Below are positions 9,575 to 20,899 of a stretch of 64,000 nt of DNA, piece after piece. This DNA comes from Ranitomeya imitator (taxonomy: Eukaryota). Position numbers and translations under genes: made by a program. The stretch lies in assembly GCF_032444005.1 (NCBI RefSeq), contig NC_091288.1, positions 218,054,001-218,118,000 on the forward strand, written 5' to 3'. Position 1 is the first letter of the stretch. Every line of letters begins with the position of its first letter. A model generated the notes under the pieces. It made no database searches, was not told the DNA's origin, and was given only the letters and a program-made list of their open reading frames with translations.

Positions 9575-10829
9575 AGTTCCTAAAAAGAAAACAAACGTAC
9601 AATAAATACACGTGCTTACAAAACAATGTTCTGACCATTGATCTAATAACTATATATGTTACTACTGGTATTAAATGGGGCAGTCAACCATCTCGATCTG
9701 TAAAAGGATTAATTAATTGGGCCACGCAACAGCTGTGTACCTGAGGTTCTCAGGCCTACCCTACTCTCCATAAAGGAACAATCGACCACGCTACAGCGTT
9801 TATCCCCGTTGAAGCGCAACATATGCTACGCTGTAGCGTTATACATACCTTTTGCGGTAAAAGTCTAGTAGTTAAAGGTCCAGGGAATCCAGCGAATTTA
9901 GGAGTTCTGTTCACAGCACGTGCTACAGAGAGAAATGAATAGCGCGCTCGAGAGCTCCGGTTTTATCCGCTGGGAACAATAGTCCTTTGTCGAATGAGCG
10001 CACAGTATTGTACCGCCCAATCAGCACACGGGAGGTGGAGAATTCAGCGCTCCTACATAGCCAGCTCCTCCGCCCTTTACATCGTATACAATATCGTGCA
10101 CACCTTTGTCACACCATGCGATCATGCCGCCACAGCGGGACACTGGACGACGAAAGAAAGTTTCAAACGATCTGCTACGACGTACGATTCACAGCGGGGT
10201 CCCTGATCGCAGGAGCGTGTCACACGCTGCGATAGCGTACCTATATCGCTCGAACGTCACAAATCGTGCCGTCGTAGCGATCAAAATTGCACTGTGTGAC
10301 GGTACCTTTAAGACGGAAAGACCCACAAACAAGCAAGACCTGAAGGCTGCGGCTGTAAAGGCCTGGCAAAGCATTAAGAAGGAGGAAACCCAGCGTTTGG
10401 TGATGTCCATGGGTTCCAGACTTAAGGCAGTGATTGCCTCCAAAGGATTTGCAACAAAATATTGAAAATAAAAATATTTTGTTTGGGTTATGTTTATTTG
10501 TCCAATTACTTTTGACCTCCTAAAATGTGGAGTGTTTGTAAAGAAATGTGTACAATTCCTACATTTTCTATCAGATATTTTTGTTCAACCCTTCAAATTA
10601 AACGTTACAATCTGCACTTGAATTCTGTTGTAGAGGTTTCATTTCAAATCCAATGTGGTGGCATGCAGAGCCCAACTCGCGAAAATTGTGTCACTGTCCA
10701 AATATTTCTGGCCCTAACTGTATCTGTAGCCCTATATACCGGCCACGCACTGACTCCAGGATTGTAGACCCCTGTGATGATGGTTAGTTGACACACCGCG
10801 ATCTAACATGTCCCTTGTGTCACATTATT

Positions 10830-11033
10830 TTCAGGGTTCCATCATTTCTGTCCAGGACGATTTCATCAGTTGTTTTTTTTTAATTCTGTGGAGGAAAAGC
10901 AATGTCTGACTCTCATCTGTTCATTTTCATAGATCTTTTTCTTGTTACCTTTGTCAGATTCAAGTTATTTCTGTGACCACTGTGGGTTTTTCTGTCATTA
11001 AACGAGCGGCACCAACAATTTTGACCTCGTGTG
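10830..11033 (+). mobile_element. Probable 3' terminal fragment of another Tc1-like element
   Basis: Ends in ...ccaacaattttgacctcgtgtg followed by TA, resembling a Tc1 TIR end. No partner TIR in the window. Confidence 0.35.
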
Positions 11034-11455
11034 TACATCCATGACTAATGTGGGGCAGGTCCCGGCCATTAATACCAGTGTGGGCAGCGCTGTGGGATGA
11101 CTGACTGTCACTCGCCCTGAACAGAAACTATCAGATTTTAAAGGGGGAAAAAAAGGTCCATTTATTTACAGGTGACAAGAAGCACAAAACTGAGGGGGGC
11201 AGACCGAAGCTTCTGGGGCAGTAATCATCCCAGGCCGTCCTCTCGGCCGATCCTCCCCAACTACAAGTCCCAGGTGTCCGGGCGGTCAAGGCATGCTGAG
11301 GTCTGCCACTTTTTGCAAGAAATGTGTGTGAGCGTGAAATAGTTAAATACATAAAGCAGCCGATGTTTGAACTTCAGATTGTGGGTGACCGAGGAAGTGT
11401 CCACAAGATGGCGCTCTGCTCAGTTCTGCTGCAGTTACAGTCCAGCTGGTGGCGC

Positions 11456-14400
11456 TCAGTACTTCCGCTGGCGAGGAAAGATGGCGGATGAGCGCTTTGG
11501 GGTAGGCACAGAGTCCGGGTCCATATCGAACAGATCGCGGCCGGTCTTCAGGATCTGCTCCTCGATCTTCTTGTGTCGCTTCATGTCGGACAGCACCTTG
11601 TCCATCCGAGCCTCTCTCTTCTGACTGCGGGTCGAGCTCCCTGGCAAACAGAAAATAAAGAGTTAAATATGTATGTTTACACGCAGACACCAGAAGACCA
11701 CCCTGTGGCCGGACAGCTCATCCAAGGCTGTGGCTACTACTCCCTCCACCATGCTTTACACTGCAGTCCTGCCCTATCAGTGTATGGCTATACACTGCTG
11801 TACTAACAGGCGCTCCCCTCCCCCATCACTTACCGGGCGTTCGCCGCCTGTCAATCAATGAGTTTTTCGGAGTGATAGGTTCATCATTGAAATCGAACTC
11901 TGTGGGGATGGAAGGCCTGCGGGGGAAAAAGAGACAGTCAGCTCCGCTATCATGTAATTCATCATTCATCGTCTGGACGAAGCAATGATCACACAGCTGA
12001 AGGTTCGTTACAATGGATCCAACCACTGAAGACGCTGCATCTACAGCAGTGAAACGTGTCGGGAAGGAGCAGAGGCCGTAAAGTTATTAACCCCTTGCCT
12101 CCGCAGCGCTTTTGTATTTTTTCCTCACCTTCATTTCCAGGACCCGTAGCTTTTGTTTTTAATTCTTCCATTCGCACAGACATACAAGGGCTCGTATTTT
12201 GGGAATCACTCTTCTTTTTCCCCCCATGTAAAATGCTAAAAAAAAAATCCATCTGCAGAGAAATAGTCTGTAACTCCATTATAGTTACTCTGGGTTTCGT
12301 TTTTGCTGCAGTAAAAGTCACCAGGTAGCCCCGTTCCCCGGTCGGTACGATTACACCCGCAGCCAAACACTTATTACAATTTAGTGAGAAAACAACAAGT
12401 TGCCATTTTCCACTTTCTCAGACCCTCTATTTTCCCGTCTGTATCGCCGGATCGAGGCTCAGTTTGTTTCCGCTATTTACTGAGACCACTTTCCCGCAGC
12501 GACACCTGCTATGGTGCAGACTCAGCTCCTGGTCCCGCAGCGACACCTGGTACAGTGCAGGCTCAGCTACCGACCCCACAGCGACACCTGGTACGGCGCA
12601 GGCTCAGCTACCGACCCCGCAGCGACACCTGGTACAGCGCAGGCTCAGCTCCTGATCCCGCAGCGACACTTGGTACAGCGCAGGCTCAGCTCCTGATCCC
12701 GCAGCGACACCTGGTACAGCGCAGGCTCAGCTCATGATCCCGCAGCGACACCTGGTACAGCGCAGGCTCAGCTCATGATCCCGCAGCGACACCTGGTACA
12801 GCGCATGCTCAGCTACTGACGCCGCAGCGACACCTGGTACAGCGCAGGCTCAGCTCCTGATCCAGCAGAAACACCTGGTACAGCGCAGGCTCAGCTCATG
12901 ATCCCGCAGCGACACCTGGTACAGCGCAGGCTCAGCTCATGATCCCGCAGCGACACCTGGTACAGCGCATGCTCAGCTACTGACGCCGCAGCGACACCTG
13001 GTACAGCGCAGGCTCAGCTCCTGATCCAGCAGAAACACCTGGTACAGCGCAGGCTCAGCTACCGACCCCGCAGCGACACCTGGTACAGCGCAGGCTCAGC
13101 TCCTGATCCCGCAGCGACACCTGGTACAGCGCATGCTCAGCTACCGACCCCGCAGCGACACCTGGTACAGCGCAGGCTCAGCTCCTGATCCCGCAGCGAC
13201 CCTTGGTACAGCGCAGGCTCAGCTCCTGATCCCGCAGCGACACCTGGTACAGCGCAGGCTCAGCTCCTGATCCCGCAGCGACACCTGGTACAGCGCAGGC
13301 TCAGCTCATGATCCCGCAGCGACACCTGGTACAGCGCAGGCTCAGCTCATGATCCCGCAGCGACACCTGGTACAGCGCATGCTCAGCTACTGACGCCGCA
13401 GCGACACCTGGTACAGCGCAGGCTCAGCTCCTGATCCAGCAGAAACACCTGGTACAGCGCAGGCTCAGCTCATGATCCCGCAGCGACACCTGGTACAGCG
13501 CAGGCTCAGCTCATGATCCCGCAGCGACACCTGGTACAGCGCATGCTCAGCTACTGACGCCGCAGCGACACCTGGTACAGCGCAGGCTCAGCTCCTGATC
13601 CAGCAGAAACACCTGGTACAGCGCAGGCTCAGCTACCGACCCCGCAGCGACACCTGGTACAGCGCAGGCTCAGCTCCTGATCCCGCAGCGACACCTGGTA
13701 CAGCGCATGCTCAGCTACCGACCCCGCAGCGACACCTGGTACAGCGCAGGCTCAGCTCCTGATCCCGCAGCGACCCTTGGTACAGCGCAGGCTCAGCTCC
13801 TGATCCCGCAGCGACACCTGGTACAGCGCAGGCTCAGCTCCTGATCCCGCAGCGACACCTGGTACAGCGCAGGCTCAGCTCATGATCCCGCAGCGACACC
13901 TGGTACAGCGCAGGCTCAGCTCATGATCCCGCAGCGACACCTGGTACAGCGCATGCTCAGCTACTGACGCCGCAGCGACACCTGGTACAGCGCAGGCTCA
14001 GCTCCTGATCCAGCAGAAACACCTGGTACAGCGCAGGCTCAGCTCATGATCCCGCAGCGACACCTGGTACAGCGCAGGCTCAGCTCATGATCCCGCAGCG
14101 ACACCTGGTACAGCGCATGCTCAGCTACTGACGCCGCAGCGACACCTGGTACAGCGCAGGCTCAGCTCCTGATCCAGCAGAAACATCTGGTACAGCGCAG
14201 GCTCAGCTACCGACCCCGCAGCGACACCTGGTACAGCGCAGGCTCAGCTCCTGATCCCGCAGCGACACCTGGTACAGCGCATGCTCAGCTACCGACCCCG
14301 CAGCGACACCTGGTACAGCGCAGGCTCAGCTACCGACCCCGCAGCGACACCTGGTACAGCGCACGCTCAGCTACCGACCCCGCAGCGACACCTGGTACAG

Positions 14401-15872
14401 AGCAGGCTCAGCTCCTGGTCCCGCAGCGACACCTGGTACGACGCAGGCTCAGCTCCCGCAGTGACACTTGGTATGGCGCAGGCTCAGCTCCTGATCCCGC
14501 AGCGACACCTGATACAGCGCAGGCTCAGCTCCTGATCCAGCAGAAACACCTGGTACGGCACAGGCTCAGCTACCGACCCCGCAGCGACACCTGGTACAGC
14601 GCATGCTCAGCTACTGATCCCGCAGCAACACCTGGTACAGCGTAGGCTCAGCTCCTGATCCAGCAGAAACACCTGGTACAGCGCAGGCTCAGCTACCGAC
14701 CCCGCAGCGACACCTGGTACAGAGCAGGCTCAGCTCCTGATCCCGCAGCGACACCTGGTACAGCGCAGGCTCAGCTCCTGATCCCGCAGCGACACCTGGT
14801 ACAGCGCAGGCTCAGCTCCTGATCCAGCAGAAACACCTGGTACGGCACAGGCTCAGCTCCTGATCCAGCAGAAACACCTGGTACAGCGCAGGCTCAGCTA
14901 CCGACCCCGCAGCGACACCTGGTACAGAGCAGGCTCAGCTCCTGATCCCGCAGCGACACCTGGTACAGTGCAGGCTCAGCTCCTGATCCCGCAGCGACAC
15001 CTGGTACAGCGCAGGCTCAGCTCCTGATCCCGCAGCGACACCTGGTACAGAGCAGGCTCAGCTCCTGGTCCCTCAGCGACACCTGGTACGGCGCAGGCTC
15101 AGCTCCCGCAGCGACACCTGGTACGGCGCAGGCTCAGCTCCCGCAGCGACACCTGGTACGGCACAGGCTCAGCTCCCGCAGTGACACCTGGTATGGCACA
15201 GGCTCAGCTCCTGGTCCCTCAGCGACACCTGGTACGGCGCAGGCTCAGCTCCCGCAGTGACACCTGGTACGGCGCAGGCTCAGCTCCCGCAGTGACACCT
15301 GGTATGGCGCAGGCTCAGCTCCTGATCCCGCAGTGAAGCCATACATTAGAGGTTGTTACAGGTTTGTGTAATCCCACACTTTTCCCAGCACAATTTTCTG
15401 ATGGCTTCGGGTGACCCTGAGGTCACAGGTTTCGGGCCTCGGTCACTCACGTCTCATCTTCCTCCTCCTCTTCCTCCTGCTCCTGGTCTGACTCCTCGTC
15501 CAGAGTGTCCGGCTCGGGGGTGGGCGGCCGGCGCAGCAGGAGGTCCACCTGCAGGGGCAGCGTCTTCTCGCTGGCGATGAGCTCATACAGGCGCTTGATC
15601 TCCTCGGGGGCCGGCATCCATCCGTCCGTCTCGTCCAGGTCGTCGTCACTGCAGGGGATGCACCAGTCCTCGTCCTCCTCCTCGTCGTCATCTTCCTCCT
15701 GCCGCCGCTGCTCATCTCCGTCCTCCTCCTCCACTTTCTCTCCTTCGTCCTCCTTCTGCCCCTCCTCACCCTCTCGCGCCTCCTCCTCCTCGTCTTCCTC
15801 TTCTTCCTTCACAGCCAGCGACTCCATGCCGGACGTCACCTTCTCCTCGGCCTCTCCGGACGCCTCCTCCAT
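11456..15872 (-). CDS. PAGR1: PAXIP1-associated glutamate-rich protein 1; coding exons 15872-15451, 11916-11834, 11640-11456 (229 aa)
   Basis: Acidic N-terminus, [86 protein letters not shown] and terminal FPRQRKY match vertebrate PAGR1. GT-AG sites give an open 690-nt CDS. Likely 5'UTR exon with donor at 16054. AATAAA (- strand) at 11161-11166. Confidence 0.95.
12490..15340. repeat. 41-bp GC-rich minisatellite (~70 copies) in PAGR1 intron
   Basis: Unit gcagcgacacctggtacagcgcaggctcagctcctgatccc with recurring variant blocks. Confidence 0.95.
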
Positions 15873-15949
15873 CTAAACAAGGAGAAAGGGTTAAAAATAA
15901 AGAAATGTCACTCACGACTTCCATGGCCTCAGGCAGCGCAGGCGCAGTG

Positions 15950-16720
15950 ACAGCACAGCGAGGAGTATTCCGCCATGATAAGACTTAGCTATAATAGGAT
16001 AATGGCGGCGCAGACGTTACCAGCCCGTAATCCGCGCCGGGTGACGTCACTCACCGGACTCCACCGATATCCCCGCGGATCACAGACAGGAGGAGGCCGC
16101 CATCTTGTCCGGTCTCTGTTTACCCCGAAAGGCGCACATGACGTCACATCCGGCCGCCTAACACTGCGGAGCTGGTGCTATGAGGCTGCGGCGGCCATAT
16201 TTACTTTGACAGGAAGCTCCCGTGCAGGACACATCTGACAGCTGTGGTGAAATCCTCGGATATTTGGGGTCTAAGGACAAAGTACATCATTGACAAAGAA
16301 TCGTGCAAATCCGGAGCCCCGCCTGGTAATTATAACTCGCCTGTCCGTGCCCACAGTAAACATGGCGCACGTGTCATGTGACCTGCACGGCAACGCGTTC
16401 CATTTTTTGAATTAACCAATGACGAGTGGTTTGCGTCTCACGCCTCTCGTTCGGCACCGGAATTCAGCGTCACGTGACGCGGTCAGGGCTTCCCATTGGC
16501 TGTTAATGAAGGAGGCCGCCAAATACGAAAAAGAGGTCCAGTAACCGATGGTTTCCCCTGAAGTAACTGAGGCCTGAGAGCGGAAGAAGCGGCGGCAGCG
16601 ACTGCGGGCGACAGGGAGGCAGGTGAGGCGGGAGAGGCACGGAAGCGACGGGCAGAGCTATCAGGGGGGCGGACGGGCGATTCCTGCGGGCTGTCTGTGC
16701 CGCCCCCTGGTTGGTCATTG
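15950..16720. promoter_or_regulatory. CpG-island, head-to-head PAGR1/KIF22 promoter region
   Basis: CpG-rich. YY1-type gccgccatctt at 16096-16106, TTTGAA (CHR-like) at 16406-16411, CCAAT at 16416-16420 and reverse at 16495-16499, gtcacgtgac E-box near 16470. Plus-strand donor cag|gtgagg at 16622/16623. Confidence 0.6.
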
Positions 16721-16997
16721 CCAGGAGCACAGGCCCGTGTGTATACAGTGTGTGTGTGTATATATATATATATAACGTGTCTGTATACAGTGTGTTAATA
16801 TATAGGCACACACCATCCAGGGGCGGCACAGACTGCAGGAATCACCGGCGCAATCTTTCCCCAGAGAGTGTTCTGAATATGGCCACTTCTTGCAGGAGGC
16901 TGTTGCTAAGCGACCACCCAACTCCAGCGCCTATAGAGGGGTAGAGCGGCCACTGGTTGCGTAGTGGTGTGACCGACAGGCTCTGGCTGCCCCATCT

Positions 16998-17330
16998 CAG
17001 CGCAGAGTGATGTCAGGGCACAGACCCTGATTCCAGCGATGTCGCTTCCTCGGTGCCTGCTGTGGTCTTGATACAAATGCAGAGCTCTGTATAACTCCCC
17101 CCACCCCCACCGATTGGCAGGTTTCTGCCTATGCGCAGTGTACACAGAGAGCAGCCAATCAGTGGTGGAAGCAGGGCTGGACCAGGAGGCACCAGACACC
17201 TAGTCCTGCAGTGATGATCTCCTGCTGAGAAAACACTGATTATATTGAAACTACAACACTCAGACTAATAAGTGACACATCGCCGGAATCAGGGTCTCTG
17301 CCCCTACATCATGCTGCTCTCGGATCACAC
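16998..17330. mobile_element. Palindromic MITE-like element
   Basis: gtgatgtcagggcacagaccctgattccagcgatgtc (~17007) is the inverted partner of gacacatcgccggaatcagggtctctgcccctacatca (~17275-17315). Confidence 0.45.
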
Positions 17331-17574
17331 AGCAAAACCCTGCAGGGAGATTCATGATCACAGAGCAGACCTCAGGGGACCATGTGCATTGATGTATTCT
17401 AGATCGCCCGGTGGCCATTGTTATTGGCAGCACGTGTTCTGGTTACACGGGACGATGTGCTGCCGAGGACGATGATCTTTTGTGCTGCACTCAAGATGAT
17501 TTTGATTGATTAAGCACCTTGATCAGCGTCCGGTTTACACTGCACGATAATGGCGAGAGGGGCGATTTATATGT

Positions 17575-18705
17575 AGGCCTGGCCCCGTGCCGCTCATTAT
17601 TTAGGCCTGGCCCCGTGCCGCTCATTATGTAGGCCTGGCCCCGTGCCGCTCATTATTTAGGCCTGGCCCCGTGCCGCTCATTATGTAGGCCTGGCCCCGT
17701 GCCGCTCAGTATTTAGGCCTGGCCCCGTGCCGCTCAGTATTTAGGCCTGGCCCCGTACCGCTCATTATGTAGGCCTGGCCCCGTGCCGCTCATTATGTAG
17801 GCCTGGCCCCGTGCCGCTCAGTATTTAGGCCTGGCCCCGTGCCGCTCAGTATTTAGGCCTGGCCCCGTGCCGCTCATTATTTAGGCCTGGCCCCGTGCCG
17901 CTCATTATTTAGGCCTGGCCCCGTGCCGCTCAGTATTTAGGCCTGGCCCCGTGCCGCTCAGTATTTAGGCCTGGCCCCGTGCCGCTCATTATTTAGGCCT
18001 GGCCCCGTGCCGCTCAGTATTTAGGCCTGGCCCCGTGCCGCTCAGTATTTAGGCCTGGCCCTGTGCCGCTCATTATTTAGGCCTGGCCCCGTGCCGCTCA
18101 TTATTTAGGCCTGGCCCCGTGCCGCTCACTATTTAGGCCTGGCCCCGTGCCGCTCACTATTTAGGCCTGGTCCCGTGCCGCTCAGTAGTTAGTTAGGCCT
18201 GGCCCCGTGCCGCTCACTATTTAGTTAGGCCTGGCCCCGTGCCGCTCAATATTTAGGCCTGGCCCCGTGCCGCTCAGTATTTAGGCCTGGCCCCGTGCCG
18301 CTCAATATTTAGTTAGGCCTGGCCCCGTGCCGCTCAGTATTTAGGCCTGGCCCCGTGCCGCTCAGCATTTAGTTAGGCCTGGCCCCGTGCCGCTCAATAT
18401 TTAGTTAGGCCTGGCCCCGTGCCGCTCAATAGTTAGGCCTGGCCCCGTGCCGCTCAATATTTAGGCGTGGCCCCGTGCCGCTCAGTATTTATTTAGGCCT
18501 GGCCCCGTGCCGCTCAGTATTTAGTTAGGCCTGGCCCCGTGCCGCTCAGTATTTAGTTAGGCCTGGCCCCGTGCCGCTCAGTATTTATTTAGGCCTGGCC
18601 CCGTGCCGCTCAGTATTTAGTTAGGCCTGGCCCCGTGCCGCTCAATATTTAGTTAGGCCTGGCCCCGTGCCGCTCAGTATTTAGGCCTGGCCCCGTGCCG
18701 CTCAT
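17575..18705. repeat. 28-bp minisatellite (32-bp variants in distal part)
   Basis: Unit aggcctggccccgtgccgctcagtattt, ~38 copies. Confidence 0.95.
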
Positions 18706-19796
18706 CCCCTGATGACCCCAATCCTGGCCGGCTCTGCATATTGGCACTTTGTGTTCTCATGATCCCCCTTCCACCCAGGAGTCTTCACCAGTGGACACTT
18801 CCTTCCCTTTTACTTTTTCCGTGATACATTCCCACATTGTTTTTGTTGCATAAATTGCATATGGCCCCCGCCAGGCTAAATGTTCACAGACCAATATGAA
18901 GTGACTGCCAAGGTCCCGTGCCGCAGTAGACAGCACAGATCAGTCTCCTGTGCAGCAAATCATGCTCCTGTTGATGACAGCCGGGAGGGCACGCAGATGC
19001 CACTACTGGCACCAGTTTGTCCAGGGATGACAGACCCAATACTGCTTTTATTACCTGTAAAGTTCCTCCCATTGATGACCTCGTGTGGGGGCCGGTTGTA
19101 GGATGTGCTCGGCCCTTTAGAATTTTATGAGATCCCCAAGTTACAGGATATCTTCGCCCCTGGAGGTTCCAGGCTGTAGATATTGTCAGCAGATTTTTTT
19201 ATGATGATGTTATCTCTACATAAATTATATATGACAGGTATAGCATTATCTATCGGTTCGTTATTGAGTTGTTGATGTGAGTGAATCCGTTCTGTTGGTC
19301 CCTTCACCATATCCCATTAATGTCGGATCTATTCAATATATGTACTCCGGCCCCGGCTGGTCTGCAACAGATTCTTTCATGAGAGGACGCTGTCTCATTG
19401 GAACAAAGGAAACCTCTGCACTTCTCCACCTATGTGTAAAAAAAAATCTCAATCTGGCTCTTTTCCCCCCAGTAGATATCCTGTTGTAAGCACCTGTCCA
19501 AGGCAGGAGGTCTCTGCTTCAAAGGTTTTTTTGTTTTTTTATTAATTTCTCTCTCCCTAGCTATAATTAATTGTATGTTCCTTCTTTCCCCATATGTTCA
19601 ATGTGGGGGACAGGTCTGTAGGGATTTTAATTTTTCTGACGTTCCTAACACAAATCCAGATGTATGTCTGGTCAGTGGGTGCAATACTTTATTATCACAG
19701 CCTTTATCACATTATTTGATAAGTTCTGGAATGCTCCATGTGTACAGGATCAGAATAATTAACAGTACAGCAAATGCAGAACCATAATCGGTACAA

Positions 19797-20118
19797 GAAT
19801 ACAGCGCCGGGGCCGTAGTCTGCGCGGGAATACAGCGCCGGGGCCGTAGTCTGCGCGGGAATACAGCGCCGGCGCCGTAGTCTGCGCGGGAATACAGCGC
19901 CGGGGCCGTAGTCTGCGCGGGAATACAGCGCCGGCGCCGTAGTCTGCGCGGGAATACAGCGCCGGCGCCGTAGTCTGCGCGGGAATACAGCGCCGGCGCC
20001 GTAGTCTGCGCGGGAATACAGCGCCGGCGCCGTAGTCTGCGCGGGAATACAGCGCCGGCGCCGTAGTCTGCGCGGGAATACAGCGCCGGCGCCGTAGCCT
20101 GCGCGGGAATACAGCGCC
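19797..20118. repeat. 31-bp CpG-rich minisatellite (~10 copies)
   Basis: Unit gggaatacagcgccggcgccgtagtctgcgc. Confidence 0.9.
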
Positions 20119-20299
20119 GAGAAAGATCAGTTTCTCGCTATGATGGCAAGAGGCCGTCCCCACATTGTCAGCACCGCTGGCTGCCTCATAGTCGGTGTAG
20201 ATGCTCCTTAGTTAGTATTCGGCAGGGTTCCCTCTTATCATGTGAGAGCTGTCAATCAGTCAGGTGTCTGCTCAGTATGTAAATCTAGGGGATCTAGCG

Positions 20300-20455
20300 G
20301 TGCTCGGGGCTCCTGGCCTCTCCGGCGCTGTGCTCGGGGCTCCTGGCCTCTCCGGCGCTGTGCTCGGGGCTCCTGGCCTCTCCGGCGCTGTGCTCGGGGC
20401 TCCTGGCCTCGCCGGCGCTGTGCGTGGGGCGCCTAGCCTCGCCGGCGCCGTGCCG
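20300..20455. repeat. 30-bp tandem repeat (~5 copies)
   Basis: Unit gctgtgctcggggctcctggcctctccggc. Confidence 0.85.
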
Positions 20456-20899
20456 AGGATCCCTCATTTCTATATATGATGACATGAGTATTAATGGTAA
20501 TTACAGCAATGAAATCTGGGGGTGACGTTTTTATATAACTGATCTGGGCTGATAGCCATCTCCTTTTTCTTGTATTTGTGGATCCCACGTATTTCTCTTG
20601 ACATTTTAGGTTCTCTTCGTTCCTATGATAGTTCTTCTTGTCACGTCACTGGTATTCTATACGATCAGTGGATGTCCCGTCGTTCTCACTCTGCGCTCTC
20701 TGTTTTTCAGGTGCCTTTTTCATATTCGGGGACCCCGCCCCCCTATTGGAGAGGACGGGATCACTGAGTGCAACCACGACGTGCGTTCTCTACAGGTGAG
20801 CGGGGGCACCGGTCTGATCCACCAGGGGCAGCGTTAGCGGTGAGGGACCTTCCACCCGATATTTGTCCTTCATCTATTCTTGCGTCGTCAGGCATAAAC

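Larger units (their letters stand above)
260..10307. mobile_element. PIF/Harbinger DNA transposon, full length (~10.05 kb), four internal genes
   Basis: Left TIR gggtgccgtcacacagtgcaattttgatcgctacgacggcacgatttgtgacgtt (from 260) matches the reverse complement of the right end (to 10307) with 2 mismatches over ~55 bp. TTA is duplicated at 257-259 and 10308-10310. Removing the element plus one TTA restores the Tc1 codons aga ctt aag acg. It contains a HARBI1-type transposase and a MADF gene. Confidence 0.95.
1..10720 (+). mobile_element. Tc1/mariner element (3' part, 5' end outside window), interrupted by the Harbinger insertion at 260-10307
   Basis: ORF at 31 reads ...QMDNDPKHTAK...[22 protein letters not shown] (Tc1 DD34E C-terminal half). 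It resumes in frame after the insertion at 10311 as KTERPTNKQDLKAAAVKAWQSI...KGFATKY* (stop 10465). Right end ...ggccctaactg at 10720 is followed by TA. Confidence 0.92.

Noticed and set aside
12090-12380. ttaa|ccccttg... start resembling a piggyBac/Kolobok-type MITE end
   Set aside because: No matching inverted end or second TTAA could be placed with confidence.
16506-16576. ATGs in the putative first KIF22 exon
   Set aside because: Both close within 10-13 codons, so they were not used as the KIF22 start.
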